The translations under genes were made by a program, and so were the position numbers. A stretch of 61,503 nucleotides of DNA, counting the filler, from Stramenopiles sp. TOSAG23-6 (lineage: Eukaryota): the NCBI GenBank assembly GCA_900128565.1. It is 4 parts of 4 records of this genome, joined end to end, with 100 filler letters (N's around TTAATTAATTAA, not from the genome) between each part and the next. Parts side by side here need not be neighbours in the genome. Positions count along the whole stretch, not along the records: positions 1 to 15,330 come from LT636119.1; 3 more parts are not named here. One strand, given 5' to 3'. Under the pieces are notes generated by a model that saw nothing but the letters and a program-made list of their open reading frames with translations, did not search any database and was not told the DNA's origin. Position 1 is the first letter of the stretch. Every line of letters starts with the position of its first letter. This document shows positions 1-11,906 of the stretch, one piece after another.

Positions 1-65
1 TAGGTACAAAATTTCGTACGAAAAAAAAAATCGATTTTTTTGTTAAAAAAAAAAATATCACATAC
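1..65 (-). mobile_element. Family intron (introner-like), 3' end off the contig
   Basis: CAT|GTATGT donor plus core TTTCGTACGAAATTTTGTACCTA. Confidence 0.8.
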
Positions 66-867
66 ATGATCATATCCAACTCTGCAATGTACGTGATATG
101 TTTGAGGAGCAATAACATCTTGAATCACTGCACTTAAAACAGGATCATTTGTATCCGTTTCAGCGACAGTTGTAAAATGAGAAAAATCTGCAGTTACTTT
201 CATTTCTGGAAAGAGTGGGAGAATATCGCGACTTAACCAAGGTGAATGTATTTTGGAAAAATATTTCAAAAAAAATCTAAAATTTTTTGTTAGGTACAAA
301 ATTTCGTACGAAAAAAAAAACAATTAAATTAGAAATTCATATAAAACATACATGAAGATAACGTTTACGATGGTGTTCATGGCAAACATTTGTATATCCT
401 CCCGATGTCCCCGATTTCTCGAATTCGAGAGCTTTTGAAAAAAATTCTGTAGCTTGGTCAAATGTGAAGTAGTCATTTCCTGAATGTGAGTTAATACGAA
501 TTGGATTGAATTCTTGAGCAGCTTCAACCTGTGATTTGAAGACGTCAAGATGTGACTCTACACTAGAATCAGGACGTGGGTGTCCTTTATAAGGTCCACC
601 GCACACGAGACCTAACTCACATCCAGGTGCAACTGGACCATCTGTGAAAATATGGAAATTTATTTTCAAGTCATAGTCTGACAACAATTTTTTGACATTT
701 TCTTTTCCTTCTTGCTCAACTAATTTATATGGAACTTCTATTCCATCATAGCCTAAGTTTGCTACAGCTGCGACTGCCTGCTTTAAAGACTGAAATTTTG
801 AACCTGCAAGTACTCCATCAGTTGTTGGAAGAACGCCCCACATACTTCGAAACATTAAAAGCCTCAT
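66..867 (-). CDS. Sugar phosphate isomerase/epimerase (xylose isomerase-like TIM barrel); exons 867-352, 245-66; continues off the window
   Basis: MRLLMFRSMWG start, GYDGIE, INSHSG and, after removing 246-351, the continuous motif HEHHRKRYLH|SPW...TADFSHF. Confidence 0.8.
246..351 (-). mobile_element. Family intron, GT..AT, 106 nt
   Basis: Removal joins YLH|SPW; CAT repeated at both ends; no in-frame AG nearby. Confidence 0.9.
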
Positions 868-1207
868 TATACGTGATATCAATACTATTAATACTGATTA
901 ATGTGATCGAATTGTTCTCTTCTATTATGATCTATGAGGCACAAATTTTGTAAATATACAAATAAACGGTATTGATAGATGAAGTATAACAAAAAATAAT
1001 AGTATTACAACTATTATTAAATACTCTTCTATTCGGGAATATGATGCAACAAAAAACGCACAAAAAAACAACAAGCAAAGCAAAGCAAAAATTTGATGTT
1101 TTAATTTTTTTGACTCGCGCTGTCGCTGTTTAAATTTGCTGTCAAAAAATCTGTCCAAATCCAGAACTTAGTCAAAGTGTAGTGATACTATAAATAAAAA
1201 CCTTCTG

Positions 1208-2275
1208 TTGCAATTGAGAATGAGAATGATTTCTCTATATTTTATGATTGAGATGCTTTTTGTATTCCTTTTTTGTATTGTTAACCAATCCCGAGCGTTG
1301 GTTCATGTTGCCAACGTGAAAGCAGTTTTTGTTGAGGGTGGATTAGAAAACGTTGACGGTCTCTATGAACGAGATGGTATTGAAAATGACGCTCCAATGT
1401 TCTCTAAAGGACAAGGTGATGAGAAACTCTATATATGGCTTGGATCTTCCCGTACTGTATGGTTATTGGGGAAAACCGGCCAATGGAAGTATTTTTTTCC
1501 AGCGTCTAATATATCATTATTTCCTGAAGTGATGGTGAGATGCCCTATATCCCGTGATCCAATCACTCCAGTTGCAACAACCAAAGAAACCATTTCCCTT
1601 TCCATCTTTCGTTACATCAAAGAAATCATAGTACCTGTATCATTCAGTCAGTTTAGTGGCAAATACATACCCAATGGTTCATATAATAATGCTCCAATGT
1701 TTACAATAGATACAGACGATCAAAGAAATGGTGAGTTTTATTTTTGGTTAGGCGATAAAAGGAAATACTGGATCTTGGGAAAGACAGGCGAATACTATAG
1801 TTATGCTAAAGTACAACATGGAGAACATAAATATTTACCTCCATTTCGATGGAGCGACGATCTATATATTGATATTGTGAGTGATGATGATGCACTAAAT
1901 AAAGTAAAACTTAAATTTCTTCAAGAAGAATACCCCAATGATCCAATCTTCCTACCAAGTACCCGACCTCAACAACTAGACTGGTATGAGATAAACCATT
2001 GGCCGAACGTTGTGCGACTGTCTTCAAAGGAACCAACTTCACAACAATGTTTCAAGGGAAATAATGTTTCTAAAATCTTTAAATGTAGTTTGTGCAATAA
2101 CCAAATCGATCCAGTATCTTTGGAGAAAATTACAGATGGTGTATGTGTAAAAGGTGAATGTCAGAGCATGGACACTATACAAAGATTATTCTTTGATCGT
2201 CGTCGAAGTCAAACGCTCACCACATTTCAAGATATTTCCGAAGAAGACGTTGCATATGTATGTTTTATTTTATGA
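1208..2275 (+). CDS. Hypothetical secreted protein with two internal repeats (xDAPMFxK...YxWLGxxRxxWxLGKTG); 3' end uncertain
   Basis: 355-aa ORF with hydrophobic N-terminus; runs into AT|GTATGT at 2258, so it is probably spliced there. Confidence 0.6.
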   Translation: MQLRMRMISLYFMIEMLFVFLFCIVNQSRALVHVANVKAVFVEGGLENVDGLYERDGIENDAPMFSKGQGDEKLYIWLGSSRTVWLLGKTGQWKYFFPASNISLFPEVMVRCPISRDPITPVATTKETISLSIFRYIKEIIVPVSFSQFSGKYIPNGSYNNAPMFTIDTDDQRNGEFYFWLGDKRKYWILGKTGEYYSYAKVQHGEHKYLPPFRWSDDLYIDIVSDDDALNKVKLKFLQEEYPNDPIFLPSTRPQQLDWYEINHWPNVVRLSSKEPTSQQCFKGNNVSKIFKCSLCNNQIDPVSLEKITDGVCVKGECQSMDTIQRLFFDRRRSQTLTTFQDISEEDVAYVCFIL

Positions 2276-2296
2276 TACTTTTGTTTTATATGATGA

Positions 2297-2301
<5 letters not shown>

Positions 2302-2334
<33 letters not shown>
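2302..2334. repeat. (TA)n microsatellite
   Basis: Direct reading. Confidence 0.95.
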
Positions 2335-2335
<1 letters not shown>

Positions 2336-2667
2336 TAACTTAATTTTTCAAATCTAAGTAACGATTACGTTTTAATTATTTTTTATAATATCTAATTAAT
2401 GAGTGTCATTGTAAACATATATTTACATAATATATATGAAATTTTTGGTTTCTAGATCAAACTCTGTTTCCTACTCTTTTGAAAATGCATGTTCTACACC
2501 TATTCAAGTCTCATTAAGTGAAAAAAATATGATTGAAAGTTCCATTTTAATTCAAAAAGTCACACGTGGATATTTAGAACGATTGCATCTAGTATAAAAT
2601 AAAAAAAACTTTTCTTTCTTCTTTTTTTTTTTTTTCAAAACCAATATTAAGGATGTTAAGTACCGGT

Positions 2668-3679
2668 TTAACATATGGAAAAATTGCACGTGTGAAAATA
2701 TTTAGGGCACACTTCGCCTTTCTGAGCTTCATTTGCAAAACATAGTTTGCTGTCGTCGCTGTCACTACCCAACCACAACCAATCGAGATTTGGTAGTTGC
2801 CCAATTTCTTCTGGTATTTCACCAGATAGTTTGTTGTTTTGCAAGTTCAAACTTTTGAGCTTTTTTAGTTGACCAACATCCTTTGGTATTGAACCAGATA
2901 GGTTGTTTTTGTGCAAGCGCAAATTTTCAAGACTTCTTAGCTGACCAATTTCACTTGGTATTGAGCCAGATAGGTTGTTGTCATTCAAGCCCAATCCTTT
3001 AAGACTTGTTAGATGACCAATTTCTTTCGGTATTGTACCAGATAGTTCGTTTTCATATAAATACAATCTTTGAAGATTTGTTAGTCGATCAATTTCCGTT
3101 GGTATTGTACCAGATAGTTCATTCTTTGACAAGTACAACCATATGAGATTTGGCAGTTGACCAATTGCTTCTGGAATTGAACCAGATAGTTGGTTATTAT
3201 CCAAACGCAACATTCGGAGCTTTGTTCGTTGATAAATTTCTGTTGGTATTGAACCAGATAGATCGTTGTCGTACAAGAACAAATATTCGAGATGTGTTAG
3301 TCGACCAATTTCACTTGGAATTGAACCAGATAGATTGTTGTTATACAAGTGCAAACGTTCGAGCTTTGTTAGTTGACCAACATCCTTTGGTATTGAACCA
3401 GATAGTTTGTTTTCCCACAAATCCAATCCTTCGAGATTAATTAGTTGACCAATTTCACTTGGAATTGTACCAGTTAGTTCGTTGAGATCCAAACTCAAAG
3501 AAGTGAGATTTGTTAGTTGACCAATTTCCGTTGGTATTGTACCAGTTAGTTTGTTCCCTGAAAAACCCAAACTCCGAAGATCTGTAAATTGACCAATTTC
3601 TGTAGGTATTGTGCTTCCCTTGCCTAGAGTTAGGCTCCTTTGTTATATGACAATATTGTAGATAATGAGTTTGTTAGTG

Positions 3680-3728
<49 letters not shown>

Positions 3729-6231
3729 CAATCATATATTTTTATTAATGTGACTCATTATTGGTCGGTAACTTACACTCCAGTTATTTTCTTCTTGTCG
3801 AAGGTACACTCCCAATAAAGAGTACTCTCATACAAAATAAATTTGTTCGAAATACCAAGGGAATCAGGGATATTCCCTTCTTCACAGGGATCACCGTTTA
3901 TTTTAATTAACCAACTGTATTCCACCGATTCGCCTGCATTGTCTGCATTGTAGACTGCATTGTAAAGTCCTATCAATAAACCTGTTAAATAATCCATATC
4001 ACTTTCTGCCTCACTCGAATCATCTGATCCAATGCATGTAGTCACCTGGTGGTGATCATCACCACCATCACCAACACCACCATGCTCATCATCATCTGCA
4101 TTATCGCCAACAGCTTCCACTGAGTCTTTTTTATCATATTCTGCATTATCACCACCACCACCATGCTCATCATCATCTGCATCATCACCAACAGCTTCCA
4201 GTGAGTCTTTTTTATCACCATCTGCATTATCACCAACAGCTTCCAGTGAGTCTTTTTTATCATATTCTGCATTATCGCCAACAGCTTCCAGTGAGTCTTT
4301 TTTATGTTTAGTGTGTACAACTCGACTCCACCATTGATTACTTCCAACACCAAGTTTATTACTACTTTGTGGTTTTGCATGAACTTTAGTAGGTGAATTC
4401 TTGTCGCATTCTTCCAATGCCATACATTTATCCAATAATGATTCAACATTAACTTCCATTTTACATTGTGCTCGACCATAGTCAAATGACTGTGATATAG
4501 TAACTTCACCACAAAACATTCTCTTTGATGAATCTTTTCTTTCCACACTACAATGTACTGGTACATTTTGTGGGCATACTCTTTGTCCATTGTAATATGA
4601 ATAAATAAAATAAATACTCATTGTCAAGACTGGAAGTAATAAAACACAGATTAAAACTGTAGCTAAAGATAATTTACATTTCCTTTTTGTATTTTTTGTA
4701 TTTTTTGTATTTTTTGTATTTTTTGTATGTGAAGAAGCAGCAGCAATAGTTTTATCTTTATCAGCCACAGTTTTATTAGGATTACATTGTTTCACTTCAA
4801 TAGTTTCAAATGTCTCAAGAATTCTTTGAATATGTAAAGTATTCTTGTGAATGTTTGTCAATGAAGTTAACCCAGAATAGGCAAAGTATAAAATGAATAT
4901 AAAATTAAATAAATCAATCATCACTGTACGTCTATGTACGTTATGATTCACCATATATACACTCAATTCAATAAATCCAATGATTGCACTTAAAATCACA
5001 AATTTAGTTAATATTGTATATACATAATGCATCAGTGTTAAATGTGATGATGTAACATGATGTACTGTGAGTAGATCATTATTGGAATGATTGGTTGTTT
5101 GTTGTTGTTGTTGTTGGTTTTGTTGGTTTTGTTGTTGTTGTTGTTGTTGTTGATGATGTTGTTGTTGTTGTTGTTCATCATTATAAGTACTTGTAAGATG
5201 TACACTATGCGTATGTACAAACTTTGTATATATAACCAATACTGCAGCGAGTATACATAATATTACAAGTCCAAGTAATCCATGCATCCAACTATGTATA
5301 AATAGAATTATAAGTAAACCAATAATAATTATAAATGAATGAATCATTGTAGGAATTTCTATAAAATAAACAGAAGCCATACAGTTTACATCATATCGAA
5401 TTGATCCAAATTCAAGTAATTGTTCGTGCTCTGATGGCTCTGATGTATTGTTTTGATTGTTTTGTTCATGCTCTGATGGCTCTGATGTATTGTTTTGTTC
5501 ATGCTCTGAAGGCTCTGATGTATTGTTTTGATTTTTTTGATTATTTTGTTGATGTGCTTCGGCAGATTTCAATAGAGAATATTTGAATTGATCAGCACCT
5601 TGACTTAGAATGAAATAAGCAACTCCACGTGTAGATATCCATAAAAAACCAAATAACCAAATCGTGTATTGTGAAAAAATATTTTTTTTTGTAAAAATTT
5701 GTTAGGTACAAAATTTAGTACGAAAAAAAACTTTAGATAAAAAATTGAAAAAAATAAAACATACATACAAATCACAGCTTCAATATCAACAGGTCCACGA
5801 AATTCAGATATGAATGCACCCGTAAATGATTCAAGTAGAAAATTAGTACAATACATACCAAAAAGAATAAGACCATCGTTAATCAATAACATGAGAAATA
5901 TGATAAAAAGAAAACCAAATTTCATTGTTTTTGTTGGTTGTACAATTTTATGAAACGCCTCTCGAATACAATAACTTGGACGACGTAAAAGAGGCATCTT
6001 TACATGAGTATCCAACTCTTTGTGATAATGCCAATCTTTGTTGCTGTCTTTGTTGTTGTTGTCGTCTGATGTCGTCGGTGTTGTTGTTGTTGTTGTCGTT
6101 GGATTATCTTCGTTTACTGCCACTGCAACAACAACGCCTTTACCAATAGGATTTGTTGTTGTTGTTGTTGTTGTTGATACAATGGGTGACGTTTCATTCT
6201 TTTTGTTTGATAAAGATGATAAAGAAGGCAT
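2668..6231 (-). CDS. Multi-pass membrane protein with ~12-13 C-terminal plant-type LRRs; exons 6231-5765, 5663-3777, 3637-2668
   Basis: Three ORFs join in frame after removing 5664-5764 and 3638-3776; LxGxIPxEIGxLxxL repeats, several hydrophobic helices, polyQ and KKDSLEAVGDNA repeats. Confidence 0.75.
3638..3776 (-). other. Conventional GT-AG intron, not of the family; contains an (AAT)n tract
   Basis: GTAAGT donor, CACTAAC branch-like motif, CAAAG acceptor; joins KITGV|SLTLGKGSTIPTEIG and skips in-frame stops. Confidence 0.7.
5664..5764 (-). mobile_element. Family intron, GT..AC, 101 nt
   Basis: Core present; removal joins ORF 5605-6231 to ORF 3773-5572 (EAVICM|IWLFGF). Confidence 0.85.
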
Positions 6232-6935
6232 TTGTAATGAGACAGAGCGTGTTTAGTTCCGGTTAAGTTGTGAATAAATAGAGAGTTGTTTTGTGTGATA
6301 AATTATGTAGGACTCAATACAATGAACAAAGATATATTATTGATATTACTGGTTTTTCTTGATTTGTACGTAACGGAAAACGAAAACACGAAAAAAAAGA
6401 AAATCTCCGAAATCCTTGATTTTTGCTTTTTGCTTTGCGTAAATATAAATCAGATATATAATTGACACGTGACTTTCCGGCACACAAACTGAGACAACAC
6501 CACCTACCCGTAGCTATAGGTACAATTACACATATGTTTTTTATTGATCGAAATGAAAGAATCGACATTAGCAGGTTTTTGATTGTAGTACCATGTATGG
6601 TACTCAAATATGTTATTGAATAAAATGAAGTTTCTATCACCGTGAAGTTTACTAAAAAAAATACCAGCCGCAATAAAAAGAACAAAGGTATACGCGGAAG
6701 TAATTACCTTGACACCTTTGACCACAGCGGACAACGCGTGTTTTTTATGCCAAATTCAGAATTTTCACAATTTAAGTACGAATTTTCGTAGTTAATTTTT
6801 TTTTGGAATTTTGATAGTACGAACGAAATTGCTCCAGAAAAAATGCAGAAAAAATGACAAATTGACGATGAAATTAAACAGTGTTTGAGTTTAGCTTAGT
6901 ACAACAATATTAAAAACTTCGTAAAAGTTCTATAC

Positions 6936-8006
6936 ATGTATCGTATTCTTACACGTTCTACGGCTGCTGCAATCACGGCAACAGCAGCATGGCAATTTTA
7001 TGTGTATACAGAACGAATTGTACCTCGAATGACCCCACAACATACTTGGTTTTATGTAAATTCTACGGACGATCAGGTAATGGATTCTCTTCGCACTGGT
7101 GACGTTCTTTTATTTCGTAGAAATTGTGTTTTAACAACACCTATAAAATCTCTGGTTTGTATATGTGAACAAATGCTCGAAGAACCACCGTCTTCTTCAA
7201 GTCAAAATAACGCACGTCCCTGGGAAATGGCAGAAAAACAGTGGAGCGCAGAAGCATCTGAAACAACTGAACACACTGACACTTTTGATCATTGTGGTAT
7301 AATTATAGCTAGTCATATTGGAGTCCCTCTTGTCTTGGAGTTAGGTGAACATGGCCCAAAAGTAACACCATATGATCTTCGTATTATCAAATCACATGAT
7401 CATGAAATTGTTTTGCGTAGAATTGATTTTGAACGGACTCCAGACTTTGAGCAATCGGCAGCTGAATTTGCTAAACAATGTGTTCAAAATGTTCAAAAAT
7501 CATCAAAAAAAAATTATTTTCAGAATGATATAGTGTACGTAGGAACTATAAGTGAGTTTCAAAGATTCACGGATGCAATATCTGCATTATTAATAAATAG
7601 ATGTAGACGATTTCAACAATACACAAAAACATTTATAAAGAAAAAAGAAAATGTGTCAAACCCTAACCCTACTCAGAACGACAATGGGCAAAACCCTAAC
7701 CCTACTCATAATTCAAACAGTCCAAAAAGTCCAAAAAGTCCAAAAAGAAAAAATCTGTCTTGCTCAACAATATCTAAAATATCTAATCCAAATGAAATAT
7801 CAAAATGGAGTAACCCTAGCGCGATGTTTTTACTATATTTTTTGAATAATGTTGAATTGTTGCATCTTGAAAATGAAAAAAATAATGATACTACTAACCC
7901 TAACCCTAGTCTTCATGTCAAAGTGTTTGATATTGTTCATAGAAATATAAAACTGTCAAATAATGCCACGTGGCGAAAAAGCGAATTTGTGATACGACAT
8001 CGATAA
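6936..8006 (+). CDS. Permuted papain-like NlpC/P60 (YiiX-like) protein
   Basis: LRTGDVLLF and FDHCGIII...PLVLE motifs. Confidence 0.55.
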   Translation: MYRILTRSTAAAITATAAWQFYVYTERIVPRMTPQHTWFYVNSTDDQVMDSLRTGDVLLFRRNCVLTTPIKSLVCICEQMLEEPPSSSSQNNARPWEMAEKQWSAEASETTEHTDTFDHCGIIIASHIGVPLVLELGEHGPKVTPYDLRIIKSHDHEIVLRRIDFERTPDFEQSAAEFAKQCVQNVQKSSKKNYFQNDIVYVGTISEFQRFTDAISALLINRCRRFQQYTKTFIKKKENVSNPNPTQNDNGQNPNPTHNSNSPKSPKSPKRKNLSCSTISKISNPNEISKWSNPSAMFLLYFLNNVELLHLENEKNNDTTNPNPSLHVKVFDIVHRNIKLSNNATWRKSEFVIRHR

Positions 8007-8167
8007 AGGATAAAATCGATAATATGATGTCATCATAAACTCACTATGGCATGAATTGAAAGAATACCACACATATACAATATAATACTATATAATACTA
8101 TACTACTCTACTATAATAAATAATATGGGTGAATTTATAATTTATTCACTGTTTTTTTTTTTTTTCG

Positions 8168-8199
<32 letters not shown>

Positions 8200-8207
<8 letters not shown>

Positions 8208-8302
8208 TTTTTTTTTTTTTTTTTTGTTAGGTACAAAATTTCGTACGAAAAAAAAAAGTTTTTTTTTTTGAAATTTTTTTTTTTTTTAAATATAAAACAT
8301 AC
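8200..8302 (-). mobile_element. Family intron, 3' end lost in homopolymer runs
   Basis: AG|GTATGT donor plus core. Confidence 0.75.
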
Positions 8303-9193
8303 CTAACTCTATGAAACAAACATTTTCGTTACAATTACTAGTTATAGGATTAGATAAAAATGAATATTTGTACATTGTAGAATTTATTGATTCATGTTGT
8401 CGTATATTATTTCTATTTTTTTTGGATTTTTTTTTGATATTTTTGATATTTTTGATATTTTTGATATTTTTTATTTTTTTGATATTTTTTATTTTTTTGA
8501 TTTTTGTAGTATTATGTTTATGTAGTATAGACGTTTCATTCAGTGTATCTTTGGTGGTATGTAATGTATTGTTAACAATAGAAGTAAACGTTTTATCATT
8601 TTTTACGTTGGTATCACGATTAGGATTTGTAGGGGTAGGGTTAGAATGTATGACCCATTCTGATAACTCAGGAATATATGTATTGTGGAAAAATATTTGA
8701 AATTTTTTTTTTTTTCCGTAAAAAAAAAAAAATTGTTAGGTACATAATTTCCTATGAAAAAATATTTTTAATTTTTTTTGTAAAAAAAAAACTAAAACAT
8801 ACGTTCAACAAAATCAGTTACTCGTTTTATAACAGATTTCAACGCAGACGGAGATATCATTAAAGACTTGATGGCTGTAGTTTGTGGTTGGGATGTTCCA
8901 GCAGTGACAATACCGGCTTTAAAAAGTCGATTTGATTCTTTTTTTGAGTCTTTTTTTGATGATACATTAGTTGTTAATGTACAAATAGATTCATGCTTTC
9001 GAGAACGTAAAGACCAAATATTGACACCGCATTTTTGACACATTATACGTATTCCACGACTTGGTTTGCCATTTAATGGTGAGTGATGAGCTCCAAGAGG
9101 AAGGTGGCGTGTACAAAAAGGGAAAGACTTTGTTGTTTCACAACGTGGAAGTTTACAACGTAAAGCAGTACATTGTTGATGTATGACTGACAT
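8303..9193 (-). CDS. TRM13: TRM13-like tRNA methyltransferase, 5' part only; exons 9193-8803, 8677-8303
   Basis: N-terminal CCCH-like and CHHC-like Zn-finger patterns, then RQHES...CFIELG (SAM motif I) at the next donor; remainder lost in a poly(A)/poly(T) tract. Confidence 0.6.
8678..8802 (-). mobile_element. Family intron, GT..AT, 125 nt
   Basis: Removal opens a 375-nt stop-free exon ending in FIELG. Confidence 0.85.
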
Positions 9194-9791
9194 ACTAATT
9201 ATACCGCTGAGTTTCGATTTGTATATCCGATACTATATAGTGTTGAATAAGAATAATATGTACCAAGTTCAAAGCATATTATCAGCGGCTAAATTGTATT
9301 CAAATTCAAATACAACGCATTGACGACAGATTTTGTTGGGTTTTGTTGGATTTTGTTTATCAATCCTACATATACATATAGGATGTTGTAAAAAATAGTC
9401 AGCTCAGCGCAAAACGTTTTTCCTTTTTTTTTTTTTTTTCAAAATTATATACCGTAAAAGATGAGTTTCAACGACTTCATTAGAAGCGGCATACAATGGG
9501 GTAATACAAACAAACGGTTTCAACTTTCAAGTTTCGTGTTTCTTCTTACACAATACATTGAAATGATGGATACAAAATGTATTGTTTTGCTCTTAATCGT
9601 ATACTAATTATCAAGAATAATGTCAAATAAGTTGTGTATCTCAAAAAAAGTAGAGTCAAAGCTTGAAATCCGTTAATACAACAAGTAAAGTCGCACTCAT
9701 GAGAAAACATTCCTATCGTCAAAAAAAGACACAATTTTTATCCATTTACACAAAAATTTTACCATTGTACGAATAAACGAAAGTTATATAC

Positions 9792-11720
9792 ATGAATTTT
9801 GATCGTAGAAAAGGCTTATCGCAGCGTCAATTGCATAAATCGTTTGGAAATGGTGTTCTTTCAAAGTCATTAGTATCACCAACACAAAATGCACAAAATC
9901 AAAAAATCAAGCAATCTATGCTCGACTTTGCTACAAATTTTGATGGCTGTAGAATAAACCCTGGTCAAAGCCTTATATATACAAATGAATATACAAATGT
10001 ATATACCAAGGTGCCGCAAAAACCTTTACGGCGTAGACATTTAAAGCATCATTTCAGATTTGGAAAAAATCCACATCGTCGACAACGTAGATTTGCTAAA
10101 ACATCGACAGAACATAATAAAATCAACAAACTAAAGAAACATAACGAACAAAGTACTTTTCCAAAACGTACACACGTAATAAATACCACAATAGACATCG
10201 AACAAACAAAGAGTGGATACAATACTCCTGAGAAAAAAAAGAGTCATTCACATAGGTGGGTAGAAAAATATTTGTCAGGTTCAGGAAAAAAGATTTATTT
10301 TATTACCGCACCACAATTATCACTGAGAAAATACTTCGAAGACTGTACAACTCGCCACAACTTGACAAGCGAATATGATCAAATTCTTATTACAAACAGA
10401 GATAGAACAGTAGAGGAAACGAATCGTTTGGGGAAAACGACACCTAAAAAACCTAAAAAACCTAAAAAATATAAAAAACCTAAAAAATATAAAAAAACTA
10501 CCTTTGATCAATTTACAACTGGGACTAAACTCTGGTTTACAACACCTGAAGAATATCATAATCGAGTAAAACATATTCGAAATAAGAATGTGGAAAGATT
10601 GAAGAAACGATTTCAAAACGAAAAAAAAAGAAAAGATTTCCTTAAAACAACAAATGAACAAAAACATAATCTTCTCTTGGGTGTACTAAAATCTGAATGT
10701 TCATCAATTGCATTACAAGCCGCAGCTTTTGCAACAGATTTTGCACTTTTTGTTGAGATGGAAATACTTCAATTTATTATAGCAAAGGCTGCACATCAAG
10801 CTGTATGTGCAAAGCAGATAACTCAACAAATAGCTCAAGTTGCAAAACAAACAGCAAATGATGCAAAATATGCACAAAATGTAATACATTTTGGAGAGAC
10901 TCAGGCACAGCTTTTACGACAAATTGACAATGACAAAAATAATGAGTTAATGATGTATGATGTCCCACCTTGGCTAGAATACCAATCATCAAAAGAAATT
11001 GTATATAATGTACAAATAGAAACAGATGTCGAAGTTGAAAAGAAAAGAATTGAATTAGAAAAACGGATGGAACATTTCAAGAAAAAAATTGAATTAGAAA
11101 AACGGATGGAACATTTCAAGAAGAATCGTACATCATTCAAACATGTAAAATATCTTGGACCAAATAGACGACAAAATACAATATCTACATCATCTAACCT
11201 TAACCCTACATTACCTATATTACCTATAGCTAGTAAAAAAAAGACTGTAGATATATATGCTATGAATTCACACGATATTAATTTACCTATAGATAGTAAA
11301 AAAGAGACTTTAAATATATATGCTATGAATTCACACGATATTCATTGTACTAAGCATCAAACAACAAAAACAACGAAACAAAACACATACAAAGATATAT
11401 TCAATGAAGAATATGTTGAAGGTCAAAAAATAGATGATATATTGTATATGAAATTACTTATTAAAAAGATACACAAAATTGAGAAAGAAATACAAGAAAT
11501 TGATTTGAAGAGACTAAACGTTTTATTCGATGTAACAAGCCCTAACCCTAACAAAATTAGGGTTTTGAACAGTTTTGACGTGAACAGTAAAAAAAGACGA
11601 GAAAAATTATACATAAAATTACAAAATACTTTACATGAGTTGCAAGTTATTAAAAAGAAGACAAAAAAAAATCAAACTTTTGATGCTTTTGATAAGATAA
11701 ACACGAAAAACAAACCCTAA
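9792..11720 (+). CDS. Hypothetical Lys-rich coiled-coil protein
   Basis: 642-aa ORF with short internal duplications (KKxIELEKRMEHF x2, SKKxTxxIYAMNSHDI x2). Confidence 0.65.
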   Translation: MNFDRRKGLSQRQLHKSFGNGVLSKSLVSPTQNAQNQKIKQSMLDFATNFDGCRINPGQSLIYTNEYTNVYTKVPQKPLRRRHLKHHFRFGKNPHRRQRRFAKTSTEHNKINKLKKHNEQSTFPKRTHVINTTIDIEQTKSGYNTPEKKKSHSHRWVEKYLSGSGKKIYFITAPQLSLRKYFEDCTTRHNLTSEYDQILITNRDRTVEETNRLGKTTPKKPKKPKKYKKPKKYKKTTFDQFTTGTKLWFTTPEEYHNRVKHIRNKNVERLKKRFQNEKKRKDFLKTTNEQKHNLLLGVLKSECSSIALQAAAFATDFALFVEMEILQFIIAKAAHQAVCAKQITQQIAQVAKQTANDAKYAQNVIHFGETQAQLLRQIDNDKNNELMMYDVPPWLEYQSSKEIVYNVQIETDVEVEKKRIELEKRMEHFKKKIELEKRMEHFKKNRTSFKHVKYLGPNRRQNTISTSSNLNPTLPILPIASKKKTVDIYAMNSHDINLPIDSKKETLNIYAMNSHDIHCTKHQTTKTTKQNTYKDIFNEEYVEGQKIDDILYMKLLIKKIHKIEKEIQEIDLKRLNVLFDVTSPNPNKIRVLNSFDVNSKKRREKLYIKLQNTLHELQVIKKKTKKNQTFDAFDKINTKNKP

Positions 11721-11906
11721 CCCTAACCCAAAACAAACCCTAAAATTATTAAAATAAGTAAATTTTTTATATTTTATTTTTGTAAGTAGTTCAGGTTTGG
11801 GTTTAGGTAAATAAAATAAATATAAATTCAATAACATTGTATGATTTGCAAAGAGTTAATTTTTGTTTTAAATATTTTATTTAATATTTTTTATGAGGGT
11901 TAGGGT

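Noticed and set aside
246-351. Family elements as U12 minor-spliceosome AT-AC introns
   Set aside because: No RTATCCT donor or TCCTTAAC branch consensus, and several copies lack AC in that register.
6777-6805. GTACGAATTTTCGTAGTTAA as an intergenic family copy
   Set aside because: Too degenerate, with no matching donor or 3' block.
8150-8225. Poly(T)/poly(A)/poly(T) tract as a retro-insertion or terminator
   Set aside because: It truncates an intron and the TRM13-like gene; most likely a homopolymer misassembly.
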